64,000 bases of DNA, taken from the IMG/VR virus record IMGVR_UViG_3300045988_126112, positions 32,001-96,000 of that record. One strand, given 5' to 3'. The stretch's first letter is position 1. Each line of letters opens with the position of its first letter. Under the pieces are notes generated by a model that saw only the letters and a program-made list of their open reading frames with translations, was not told where the DNA came from and made no database searches. A program made the position numbers and the translations under genes. The stretch is from a virus. Positions 26,159 through 33,862 of the stretch are shown piece after piece.

Positions 26159-26347
26159 ATGACATATGAAGAAATGTTAATGAAAATGAAAGAAAATAGA
26201 GAAAGAATAGAAAGAGAAGCAGAAGAAAGAAGAAAACAATTATTAGAAGAAAGAGAAAAAGAATATCAAGAACTTAAGAAAAAAGTTCTTGAAGAAACTT
26301 CTCATTTGTGTGATGGATTATTAGAATCTATCACACAAAATAAATAG
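26159..26347 (+). CDS. Hypothetical K/E-rich coiled-coil protein (62 aa)
   Basis: TAGGAGGAG lies 9 nt before the ATG at 26159; the terminator overlaps the stop. Confidence 0.7.
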   Translation: MTYEEMLMKMKENRERIEREAEERRKQLLEEREKEYQELKKKVLEETSHLCDGLLESITQNK

Positions 26348-26372
26348 AGCCATATGGCTCTATTTATTTTTT
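26342..26372 (+). terminator. Intrinsic terminator overlapping the stop codon
   Basis: AAATAGAGCCATATGGCTCTATTT followed by ATTTTTT. Confidence 0.75.
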
Positions 26373-26379
26373 GTCATAA

Positions 26380-26397
26380 TCATATATTATTTAAATA
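26380..26397 (+). promoter_or_regulatory. Class-A-like motif, variant core ATATATTATT
   Basis: TCATATATTATTTAAATA, upstream of the helicase gene. The same variant (GTATATATTATTTAAA) occurs at 57144..57159, upstream of 57176. Confidence 0.4.
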
Positions 26398-26424
26398 TAA
26401 ACACTAGAATAGGAGGTGGTCTAA

Positions 26425-27978
26425 TTGAATAAAATAGAAGTATATAGAACGCATATAAGAATAAATGATTATACAGTAGGTTCTTGTATAGCTTTAGAAA
26501 ATTGTTTTACAATATATGACCCAATAACACATGATTTTTATTATGAAGGATTATATTATGATGAAGAGTCAAGAACTTTATTTATACCAAGAGGAGTTGA
26601 TATTCCTTTTATAGAAAAAAGAATTGGAGCTGAAGCAGTATTTATTAATGGATGTGATAAATTTGATGTATTTAATAATATTCAGCTTAAGTATTTTCCA
26701 AGAGATAATGTACAAAAACAAGCTTTACAATTTATGATAGGAGTAGATAAATATGAACGTAATCAATATCTATCTCAATTATCTGTAAACTTAAATACTG
26801 GTAAAGGAAAAACTTATTGTTCAATAGCAACTATAGCTTATATAGGAGCTAGAGCTATTATAATAGCTTATTCAACTAAATGGCTACAACAATGGAAAGA
26901 ATTTATATTAGAGTATACAGATACAAGACCAGAAGAAATCTGTATGATGATATCATCATCTAAGATATCAAGAACTATGAAAGAAAAAAATAAAGATAGA
27001 TATAAATTTATACTTACATCTCATAGTTCTATAGGCTCTTATGCTAAAAATAATGGATGGGAATCAATAGGAAAATTATTTAAAGAATTAAAGATAGGTA
27101 TTAAAATATATGATGAATCTCATCTTAATTTTAAATCAATGTATATGATTGACTATTTTACTAATACGTGGAAAACGTATTATGTAACTGCTACACCTTT
27201 ACGTAGTAATAAAGATGAAAATAAGATATATCAATTATATATGAAGAATGTTCCTGGGATAGATTTATTCAATCAAAATGAAGATCCACATACACATTAT
27301 ATAGCTATAAGATATAATAGTCAACCGCCATTAGATGTATTACAAAAATGTAAGAATCAATATGGATTAGACAGAAATAAGTATGTAAACTATATAGTTC
27401 ATAATCAAAACTTCTATAAGATGCTAAGACTTATTATGAATATGATAATAAATAAAGGTGGTAAAACTCTTATATATATTGGGACTATTCAAGCTATAGA
27501 TATAGTATATGAATGGATAATACATGAATATCCAGAGTTTGAATATAATACTTGTATACTTACATCAGAAGTTGAAGACAAAGAAATTATATTAAAGAAT
27601 CAAATTATATTATCAACTACAAAATCAGCAGGTACAGCTATGGATATACCATTTTTACAACGTACAGTTATATTAGCTGAACCATTCAAATCTGAGATAT
27701 TAGCTAGACAAACTTTAGGAAGAACTAGAGCTAATAATACTGAATATGTTGAAGTTGTAGATACAGGATTTAAAATGATAAATAAATGGTTTCTAACAAA
27801 GAAACCAATATTTAAGAAATATGCATTATCATGTAAGATAATTAATGTATCAAATAGAGATTTAGATAGTATGAGTGATAAGATTATAAATGATAGACAA
27901 GCTAAAATGCTTATTCCAAAAGAATACAAAAATGTAATAACTTTCCATGGTATAGAAGGTGGAATCACTTTCTATTAA
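26425..27978 (+). CDS. SF2 helicase (DEAD/DEAH-like, ResIII plus helicase-C layout)
   Basis: Motif I NLNTGKGKTY, motif II IYDESH, motif V-like STTKSAGTAMDIP, motif VI QTLGRTRA. TTG start after TAGGAGGTG. Confidence 0.75.
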   Translation: MNKIEVYRTHIRINDYTVGSCIALENCFTIYDPITHDFYYEGLYYDEESRTLFIPRGVDIPFIEKRIGAEAVFINGCDKFDVFNNIQLKYFPRDNVQKQALQFMIGVDKYERNQYLSQLSVNLNTGKGKTYCSIATIAYIGARAIIIAYSTKWLQQWKEFILEYTDTRPEEICMMISSSKISRTMKEKNKDRYKFILTSHSSIGSYAKNNGWESIGKLFKELKIGIKIYDESHLNFKSMYMIDYFTNTWKTYYVTATPLRSNKDENKIYQLYMKNVPGIDLFNQNEDPHTHYIAIRYNSQPPLDVLQKCKNQYGLDRNKYVNYIVHNQNFYKMLRLIMNMIINKGGKTLIYIGTIQAIDIVYEWIIHEYPEFEYNTCILTSEVEDKEIILKNQIILSTTKSAGTAMDIPFLQRTVILAEPFKSEILARQTLGRTRANNTEYVEVVDTGFKMINKWFLTKKPIFKKYALSCKIINVSNRDLDSMSDKIINDRQAKMLIPKEYKNVITFHGIEGGITFY

Positions 27979-27990
27979 TATATAAAATGA

Positions 27991-28008
27991 TTATATATTA
28001 TATACTTG
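27991..28008 (+). promoter_or_regulatory. Class-A phage promoter-like motif
   Basis: TTATATATTATATACTTG, upstream of 28071. A 5'-UTR hairpin at 28031..28054 follows. Confidence 0.5.
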
Positions 28009-28030
28009 AAATAAAATAAATTAAAGGTGT

Positions 28031-28054
28031 GAGAGTTATAGAAATATAACTCTC
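28031..28054 (+). other. 24-nt A-GAAA-U-capped hairpin abutting the SD
   Basis: GAGAGTTAT-AGAAAT-ATAACTCTC, then AAAAGGAGG. Same length and loop as 11044..11067 with a different stem. Confidence 0.6.
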
Positions 28055-28070
28055 AAAAGGAGGAAAAGTT

Positions 28071-29234
28071 ATGTTAAATGTAACAATGAAATCACAAGCT
28101 CAAATTATGTTAAGAAGTATGATATCACAAATATTAGAAGATAGAAAAACAATAAATACAGAAAGCGAATTAAAAGACTTATTTTCAATTTTCAAATTAG
28201 TATTAGATGGCAATAAATATTTAACTTCATCTTTAGCATTAAAAGATTTTAAAGGAAGATTACCAATATCTAAAAATGAAATTGAAAAATATATATATCG
28301 TTCATTACCATCAATTACCATAGATAATGAAGATAATTTTGAAGAAGAAATTGATAGCTCTATGAAAAGATTAATTGATTTAACTATAGCTGAAAGAAAA
28401 GCAAAAAAATATGAAGAACAAAGACAAGAAAATAAGAAAATTGAAGAATTAAAACCAGTAGAAGAGGCAAAACCAATACCACAACAATTATATTACCCAG
28501 AGCAAAATCCTTCAATTCCTTATCCAGAATTATGTCAACAACAACCACAACAAATACAACCTCAAATGTTTCAACCGCAACAAATGCAACCTCAAGGTTT
28601 TCAACAACCACAACAAATACAGCCTCAAGTTTTACCACAAACATATCCAACTCAAGAAGAAGAATTTGATGAAAATGCTGATTTCACATTACAAGATATT
28701 ATAGATGGTAGATTAGTGATTAGACCTACTGATAGTCTTGAAGTAGCTAGAAAGAAATTAGCATTAGCTGATGGCAAAACTATACGTTTTGCCAATGGAA
28801 TATTTAATAATCAATTTACAACTCCTCAACAAAATGAAGTTCAAGTTGAAGAAGTTGATAAAAATGATTCTGAATATGATAGAGTAAAGAAAATATTTAA
28901 TGTATTTAAATGTAATGTAGATAAAAATTCTTCATATGAAGATAAAGAAAAATATATTTCAGAAAGAGGAATGTTATACAATTCTGTTTATAAAGATGAC
29001 ACATCTAAATATTTAGTAGAAGACAAAAAGAATGATGTAATGTTGGGGTTACAAGCAATATGCACAATAATGGGCGAAGATATAAACAGCATAAATTGTA
29101 GTTCTAATAAACAACTATTATCAGATTTAGGAAAATTCTTAGTTGAAAATATTAATAAAGAAAATATTGATAGAGCTATAATGTGTGTAGATATTTTCGA
29201 AGAGCACGTATTAAATGCAATAAAAAATATGTAA
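28071..29234 (+). CDS. Hypothetical protein with a central Q/P-rich repeat
   Basis: AAAGGAGGA SD. Contains the low-complexity stretch QQPQQIQPQMFQPQQMQPQGFQQPQQIQPQVLPQ. Confidence 0.8.
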   Translation: MLNVTMKSQAQIMLRSMISQILEDRKTINTESELKDLFSIFKLVLDGNKYLTSSLALKDFKGRLPISKNEIEKYIYRSLPSITIDNEDNFEEEIDSSMKRLIDLTIAERKAKKYEEQRQENKKIEELKPVEEAKPIPQQLYYPEQNPSIPYPELCQQQPQQIQPQMFQPQQMQPQGFQQPQQIQPQVLPQTYPTQEEEFDENADFTLQDIIDGRLVIRPTDSLEVARKKLALADGKTIRFANGIFNNQFTTPQQNEVQVEEVDKNDSEYDRVKKIFNVFKCNVDKNSSYEDKEKYISERGMLYNSVYKDDTSKYLVEDKKNDVMLGLQAICTIMGEDINSINCSSNKQLLSDLGKFLVENINKENIDRAIMCVDIFEEHVLNAIKNM

Positions 29235-29247
29235 AGATAATTGTAAT

Positions 29248-29281
29248 AAAGGAGATAACTTAGTTATCTCCTTTATTTTTT
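29248..29281 (+). terminator. Intrinsic terminator
   Basis: AAAGGAGATAAC-TTA-GTTATCTCCTTT followed by ATTTTTT. Confidence 0.8.
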
Positions 29282-29291
29282 CTATGTTACT
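29278..29291 (+). repeat. Conserved 14-mer TTTTCTATGTTACT (copy 3 of 5)
   Basis: Exact 14-mer directly after a terminator T-run. Confidence 0.8.
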
Positions 29292-29347
29292 ACAATAAAG
29301 TATATATAATGATACATTTAAGAAATTGTAAAAGTTTATTATTATAT

Positions 29348-29365
29348 TTATATATTATATTAGTA
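29348..29365 (+). promoter_or_regulatory. Class-A phage promoter-like motif
   Basis: TTATATATTATATTAGTA, upstream of 29404. Confidence 0.45.
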
Positions 29366-29403
29366 AGAAGTATAAATATTATATTATATAAGGGGGAAAT
29401 AAT

Positions 29404-29628
29404 ATGTGTAAAAAATTAATAACAGACAGAGGAATAATTTGGGAGTATAATATTGAATTAGTGAAAGTTTTTATAGAAACATTTGGAAGAGCTCCAAAAA
29501 CTAAAGAAATAGTTAATGGAGTAAAACTAGGTCAATTTTGGAATAAATGCAAATCAGATAATAAACATAAAAGACTAACTGCAGATAGAAAGGCTACTGT
29601 TGACTATATAATAAATACAATGTTATAA
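29404..29628 (+). CDS. Small protein resembling a helicase-associated (HA) domain
   Basis: IWEYNIELVKVFIETFGRAPKTKEIVNGVKLGQFWNKCK...RLTADRKATV fits the pattern W..n...L..F....G..P......g.kLG.W........L...R. Confidence 0.45.
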   Translation: MCKKLITDRGIIWEYNIELVKVFIETFGRAPKTKEIVNGVKLGQFWNKCKSDNKHKRLTADRKATVDYIINTML

Positions 29629-29637
29629 GTTTTAGAT

Positions 29638-29677
29638 AAAATGGATGAGTATGAATTACTTGTCCATTTTATTTTTT
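29638..29677 (+). terminator. Intrinsic terminator (stem with two G-U pairs)
   Basis: AAATGGATGAGT-ATGAATT-ACTTGTCCATTT followed by TATTTTTTGTTTTATTTTTT. Confidence 0.65.
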
Positions 29678-29691
29678 GTTTTATTTTTTGA

Positions 29692-29709
29692 TTATATATT
29701 ATACATATA
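29692..29709 (+). promoter_or_regulatory. Class-A phage promoter-like motif
   Basis: TTATATATTATACATATA, upstream of 29727. Confidence 0.5.
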
Positions 29710-29726
29710 ATAAGGGAGGTGTAGAT

Positions 29727-30401
29727 ATGAAAGATGTTATTAGTTATATATATGAAAATTATAATAGTATGAGTGACACATTATTTACAGCAGGTAACTT
29801 AGCAATAAAATTCTATGTTAAATTTAATTACAATGTACCAAATAAGGGGAAACGTTCTTATTATGGTGAATGTACTTATATGGATAAGAACGGAGATGTG
29901 GGAATGAGTATTCAAAGGAAAATACTTCCCCATCTATCTATAGAAAATAGAATGCTCTTTGAAGGAATGAGTAAGAAAGAGTATATATTAATAAATATAG
30001 GAGATATGTTTTATGTCAATTCTAGATTATCGGCTATGGCTCAAATATTATTAGACGCAAATACATTCAAATATAATTCTAATAATAGATTAGAATTAAT
30101 TAAAGCTCATGAAGAAATATGTATTCAATTATATGGTAAAAGATTGGAAATGATTCCTATAGTAATTAATAGAGAGAATGGACAAATACAGGGAGTTAGA
30201 GTTACTTTACAAGAAGCGAATAATTATACTGATATAACTATAGATGAATTCATGGGTATATATCAGATATTTAAAACTATAGATGTTTATGGTTATGCTG
30301 CATCAATGTTAGCTTTTATGGGCAGACCTGAATTTGGAACAAATAATTATAATATGATTTCTAATAGTTATAATAACAATAATAATTCTCCATTTAAATA
30401 A
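29727..30401 (+). CDS. Hypothetical protein (224 aa)
   Basis: AAGGGAGGTG lies 7 nt before the ATG at 29727; the track start 29676 lies inside the promoter motif. Confidence 0.8.
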   Translation: MKDVISYIYENYNSMSDTLFTAGNLAIKFYVKFNYNVPNKGKRSYYGECTYMDKNGDVGMSIQRKILPHLSIENRMLFEGMSKKEYILINIGDMFYVNSRLSAMAQILLDANTFKYNSNNRLELIKAHEEICIQLYGKRLEMIPIVINRENGQIQGVRVTLQEANNYTDITIDEFMGIYQIFKTIDVYGYAASMLAFMGRPEFGTNNYNMISNSYNNNNNSPFK

Positions 30402-30430
30402 CTTATTAATAAAAAAGGGGGAATTAAAAA

Positions 30431-30742
30431 ATGACAGTAATAGAACTATTGAATGCTTTAAAAATAACAGGGGAACTTAGAAAATATTTTCAAGATGCTT
30501 TAAATTATGTAATTGAAGAAGAACAAAATTTCTTAGATATAAATCTTGCAAAAGATATATATCCACATTTAGCAGAGATATATGAACTATCTCCATTAAC
30601 AGTAAAGACTAAGTTTATAAGAATGGTTTGCAACTTCAATAAAGATCATCCTAGAATCTTCAAAAAATATTTTGGTGTAAATACTAAAATGACTGTCAAA
30701 AAAGTTTTAACTTTGATGTTAGTAAAATTAGATGTAAGATAA
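30431..30742 (+). CDS. Hypothetical protein (103 aa)
   Basis: AAGGGGGA SD; terminator at 30751..30785. Confidence 0.8.
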   Translation: MTVIELLNALKITGELRKYFQDALNYVIEEEQNFLDINLAKDIYPHLAEIYELSPLTVKTKFIRMVCNFNKDHPRIFKKYFGVNTKMTVKKVLTLMLVKLDVR

Positions 30743-30750
30743 AACAAAAT

Positions 30751-30785
30751 AGCACAAGGATAAAACTCCTTGTGCTTTATTTTTT
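30751..30785 (+). terminator. Intrinsic terminator at a convergence point
   Basis: AGCACAAGGA-TAAAAC-TCCTTGTGCT followed by TTATTTTTT. Confidence 0.8.
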
Positions 30786-31547
30786 CTAAAATGTGAATAT
30801 CATTGGTTGATTTTTATTTGCAAATGATACATAACTACTTTCAAGTATATCTATAACTTCTACTCTTGATTCAGCTTTAGTACGTAAATCATCTAGTTTT
30901 ATATCTACATTTGCAAATACTGTTTCTAATCCATCATAATATTTAAGTTCTTCATATAAGAATGTAGCTACATCTGCTATAGCTAGACGTTCAAATATCT
31001 CCATTTTAGTTGGAGCTATAGTTTGTAAATTTATGTGTTTTACAAATATCCATAAATAGAATGAATTCCATTGCTTAGTTACATCTATATTAAATGATGA
31101 TTTTAATGCTATTTTATTTGGATATTCAAAGTCTAAATATATACCATTATTATACATAGATATATTATCAGCTGCATTTTGTAAACCAACTATACTTTCT
31201 AAATCCATTGGTTGTACATACCAGTCTGTTATACCATATCCATATGCACCAAATATAGCACTATTTTTTGGTTCATCCCAAGCTATATCTTTTACACCTA
31301 AGATTTTAACTCCTGGTCCAATCTTATCTTCATCTATAATCCAGTAATCACCTTTTTTAGTAGCTATTTCATTTATTTCTACTTTTAAAGCATGAGGAAA
31401 ATATCTAGAAAAAGTTTCTAATGTTTCTTCATTAATAACATTTACCCATTCAGGTTTAGATAATTCTTTTGGTAATTGTAATTGTCTAGTACCTAAACGT
31501 CTTTCTATCTTATTTAACAATCTAGTCATATCATTACTTAAAGCCAT
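30786..31547 (-). CDS. Hypothetical protein (253 aa), probably morphogenetic because it is co-oriented with the prohead protease
   Basis: AAGGAGTG SD; follows the protease gene by 13 nt on the minus strand. Confidence 0.75.
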   Translation of the reverse strand: MALSNDMTRLLNKIERRLGTRQLQLPKELSKPEWVNVINEETLETFSRYFPHALKVEINEIATKKGDYWIIDEDKIGPGVKILGVKDIAWDEPKNSAIFGAYGYGITDWYVQPMDLESIVGLQNAADNISMYNNGIYLDFEYPNKIALKSSFNIDVTKQWNSFYLWIFVKHINLQTIAPTKMEIFERLAIADVATFLYEELKYYDGLETVFANVDIKLDDLRTKAESRVEVIDILESSYVSFANKNQPMIFTF

Positions 31548-31560
31548 AATAAATCACTCC

Positions 31561-32397
31561 TTATAGTTTATAGCAATAATTCATTAATTCATTTGTAATA
31601 TAGTTTTCAAGGTTTATTACAAATGAAGTACCTAAATTATCAGAAAGCATAACTTTTGTTCCTCCATCTATAACTTGCACATTTTCATATAAGAATTCTA
31701 GACTGTCTACAACTGAGTTTAAATTAGTTGATTCAGTTTTTACATAGTCTATTACTTCTTTATTAGTTATAGGAACTATAGTACTTGCACTTTCATCTAA
31801 TATAAGTTTATTTCCTTCTATATCTCTATCTAGTTCTTCTATAGATTCATTTACTTTTCCATATTCTCCTAATATCTTTTGCATATAAGCTTTCTTATGA
31901 GAAGGGAATACAACCCAGTCATAAGTAATAAGTCTTATATTTTTTACTTCTGCACCTCTAGAAGTATTTTGCACAGTACCTAAAGCTCTTAAAGAAAATG
32001 AAGGAATAGTTCCTTCAAGAATTAAATTATTAAATAATTCTCCTTGTTTATTTGGAGTACCATGAGTATGTGCTTTTATAGTATCTCCTTCTAGCCATAA
32101 TTTTGTCATACAATGTGCTATATTATTTAAATCTATACTTTGTTGTCTTACCAATTCTGTAGTCATTGGATGTCCTGCTTCACCAAAGAAGTTTTTTGAA
32201 TTGATTAATTCCATAGTACGTTCGCAAGATAATTGACCTTGGAAATCTTCTGTTCCATACCAACGTCCATTTCTATTTTTTATATTTAAATCTTGCATTA
32301 CTGTTTCTATAGATAATCTATTGTTTTTATCTGATACTATTCGCATTTCTTTTGGTGTTGTAGTTGCTTCATTAATCATATATCCTAATGCTTGCAT
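31561..32397 (-). CDS. T4 gp21-like prohead core protease (S77-type)
   Basis: By-eye alignment to T4 gp21 as I recall it: NRNGRWY / NRNKRLY, FFGEAGHP / ALGELNHP (catalytic His), IPSFSLRALG / IPGVSSRGLG (catalytic Ser), YDWVVFPSHKKAYM / VDAVWGPSAPDAWV. Confidence 0.7.
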   Translation of the reverse strand: MQALGYMINEATTTPKEMRIVSDKNNRLSIETVMQDLNIKNRNGRWYGTEDFQGQLSCERTMELINSKNFFGEAGHPMTTELVRQQSIDLNNIAHCMTKLWLEGDTIKAHTHGTPNKQGELFNNLILEGTIPSFSLRALGTVQNTSRGAEVKNIRLITYDWVVFPSHKKAYMQKILGEYGKVNESIEELDRDIEGNKLILDESASTIVPITNKEVIDYVKTESTNLNSVVDSLEFLYENVQVIDGGTKVMLSDNLGTSFVINLENYITNELMNYCYKL

Positions 32398-32418
32398 TTA
32401 AAATTCCTCCTTTATTAA

Positions 32419-32435
32419 TTTATTATAATAGTGTT
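32419..32435 (-). promoter_or_regulatory. Class-L (AACA-type) promoter-like motif, minus strand
   Basis: The minus strand reads AACACTATTATAATAAA, 38 nt before the prohead protease start. Confidence 0.3.
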
Positions 32436-32478
32436 ATTCTATTCAATATCGGTATTTTGTAAAAGTCGATTCTTTCAC

Positions 32479-32496
32479 TTATATATTATAACTATG
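32479..32496 (+). promoter_or_regulatory. Class-A phage promoter-like motif
   Basis: TTATATATTATAACTATG, inside repeat cassette copy 2. Confidence 0.55.
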
Positions 32497-32531
32497 ACAT
32501 AGATATATAATATAATAAAAATATATTGGTA

Positions 32532-32550
32532 GTATCTTATGAAGAGATAC
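32532..32550 (+). other. 5'-UTR hairpin in cassette copy 2 (compensatory version)
   Basis: GTATCT-tatgaag-AGATAC. The inner stem bases differ from copy 1 on both arms but pairing is kept. Confidence 0.55.
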
Positions 32551-32563
32551 AAATTATATCAAG

Positions 32564-32577
32564 TTTTCTATGTTACT
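32564..32577 (+). repeat. Conserved 14-mer TTTTCTATGTTACT (copy 4 of 5)
   Basis: Exact 14-mer 27 nt before the ATG at 32604, followed by TGATATAAT. Confidence 0.8.
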
Positions 32578-32603
32578 TGATATAATAATTTTGGAGGTTT
32601 ATT

Positions 32604-32882
32604 ATGAGAAAAGCAAATATAAAAGGAATAGCAAATGCAAAAGGTTTTAAATTTGAAGTAAAAGTGTCAATAGGTTCTGCTGAAATAGTTAATGACAGAC
32701 ATTTCTGTGGTAATAAAGATTATGACGGAAGCAAAAAAGAAATAAAAGATTTTAATTTTGAAATAGCAATGGAAGCAGAAGAAGCTAAACTAGATATAGA
32801 TATGTTTGCTAAAGACATAAAAGAAACAATAAAAGAACAAATAGAAAAAAATACAGTAAGTACAACAAAAGCTGCTAAATAA
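32604..32882 (+). CDS. Hypothetical protein (92 aa)
   Basis: TTGGAGGT SD; preceded by the second copy of the 135-bp cassette and followed by a terminator. Confidence 0.8.
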   Translation: MRKANIKGIANAKGFKFEVKVSIGSAEIVNDRHFCGNKDYDGSKKEIKDFNFEIAMEAEEAKLDIDMFAKDIKETIKEQIEKNTVSTTKAAK

Positions 32883-32901
32883 TAAGAAACAAAAACAAAA
32901 T

Positions 32902-32934
32902 AAACACATGATTAATTTCATGTGTTTATTTTTT
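32902..32934 (+). terminator. Intrinsic terminator
   Basis: AAACACATGA-TTAATT-TCATGTGTTT followed by ATTTTTT. Confidence 0.8.
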
Positions 32935-32944
32935 CTATGTTACT
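32931..32944 (+). repeat. Conserved 14-mer TTTTCTATGTTACT (copy 5 of 5)
   Basis: Exact 14-mer directly after a terminator T-run. Confidence 0.8.
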
Positions 32945-32966
32945 GTGTAAAACTCAATGAAGATGA

Positions 32967-32984
32967 TTATATATTATATAAGTG
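32967..32984 (+). promoter_or_regulatory. Class-A phage promoter-like motif
   Basis: TTATATATTATATAAGTG, upstream of 33027; identical to the copy at 1193. Confidence 0.55.
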
Positions 32985-33026
32985 TATGAATAATATAATA
33001 TATATAAATTAAAGGAGGTAAATATT

Positions 33027-33377
33027 ATGAATACAAATCTTATAACAGAATCTACTTTTGCATTACATTTATTAGACAGTCTAAATTTTACAAAGGTTAA
33101 ATATGATATCGAATTATCATATGAAACTTTAAAAGCTTTAGAGAATATACAAGAAGAATCTAAACATATAGTTTTGAATTCATTATTGGCAATAGGAGAT
33201 TGCCTAATGAATGAAAATGACTGTAATATAGAAAGTATAATCAATGCAACAAAGACTATGTTAAATTCTGTAGTAATGATACACAGTATAAATCTAGATA
33301 TAGAAGACTATAAATTTGTAAAGAAAATTTGCAATTGTGTAGATGTAATTGAAACTTTATCTAAAAAGTATTTATAG
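33027..33377 (+). CDS. Hypothetical protein (116 aa), CNC-motif paralog 1
   Basis: AAAGGAGGT SD. C-terminal KKICNCVDVIETL resembles ISRCNCIEDNTTL of the next ORF. Confidence 0.8.
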   Translation: MNTNLITESTFALHLLDSLNFTKVKYDIELSYETLKALENIQEESKHIVLNSLLAIGDCLMNENDCNIESIINATKTMLNSVVMIHSINLDIEDYKFVKKICNCVDVIETLSKKYL

Positions 33378-33390
33378 GAGGTAATATATT

Positions 33391-33762
33391 ATGAAAATAT
33401 CAATTGAAAAAATTAGTATCATTAATATTACATTATTAGATATCACCAAAGGAGGAATTGATGTTTTAAAAGATTCTACACATATTAAAGAACATCAATT
33501 AATAGATGAGATATCTTCATTATTTCAAAATATAATAAAGCATAGTATAATAGCACCTTTGTCTTTATTAGCTTTGGAAGAAGATAATGAAAGAGATCTT
33601 ATTGGTATTGTAAATGTAGCAGAAGGGCTTTTTGATATAGCAATATCAAGATGCAATTGTATCGAAGACAATACAACATTAAGACATATCAGAGGAACAT
33701 GTAAGCTAACGAAAAAAAGAATAGTTAATTATCTAAATGCAAATATTTTATCAATAGAGTAA
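33391..33762 (+). CDS. Hypothetical protein (123 aa), CNC-motif paralog 2
   Basis: TAGGAGGT SD; similar size and CNC motif to the previous ORF. Confidence 0.8.
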   Translation: MKISIEKISIINITLLDITKGGIDVLKDSTHIKEHQLIDEISSLFQNIIKHSIIAPLSLLALEEDNERDLIGIVNVAEGLFDIAISRCNCIEDNTTLRHIRGTCKLTKKRIVNYLNANILSIE

Positions 33763-33769
33763 ATGATAA

Positions 33770-33805
33770 AAAGGTAGTGGAGAAATCCCTACCTTTTTAT
33801 TTTTT
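33770..33805 (+). terminator. Intrinsic terminator (same hairpin as 1124..1150)
   Basis: AAGGTAGTGG-AGAAAT-CCCTACCTT followed by TTTATTTTTT. Confidence 0.8.
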
Positions 33806-33825
33806 GCCAATTGCTTTGAAATAAT

Positions 33826-33838
33826 AACAATATATTAA
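33826..33838 (+). promoter_or_regulatory. Class-L (AACA-type) promoter-like motif
   Basis: AACAATATATTAA, 37 nt before the ATG at 33863. Confidence 0.35.
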
Positions 33839-33862
33839 AATAATAGTAAAGGAGGATTATAA

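Larger units (their letters stand above)
32455..32589 (+). repeat. 135-bp intergenic promoter/5'-UTR cassette, family 2, copy 2
   Basis: Direct repeat of 25647..25781, 6.8 kb away, in front of an unrelated gene. Confidence 0.85.
32925..33028 (+). repeat. ~100-bp intergenic cassette, family 1, copy 2
   Basis: Direct repeat of 1149..1252, in front of an unrelated gene (33027). Confidence 0.8.

Noticed and set aside
28500-28650. The Q/P-rich DNA repeat (CAACAACCACAACAAATACAACCTCAA-like units) as a possible regulatory or contingency repeat.
   Set aside because: It is in-frame inside a well-supported ORF and simply encodes a QPQ low-complexity linker. The units are imperfect, and there is no sign of phase-variable homopolymer tracts.
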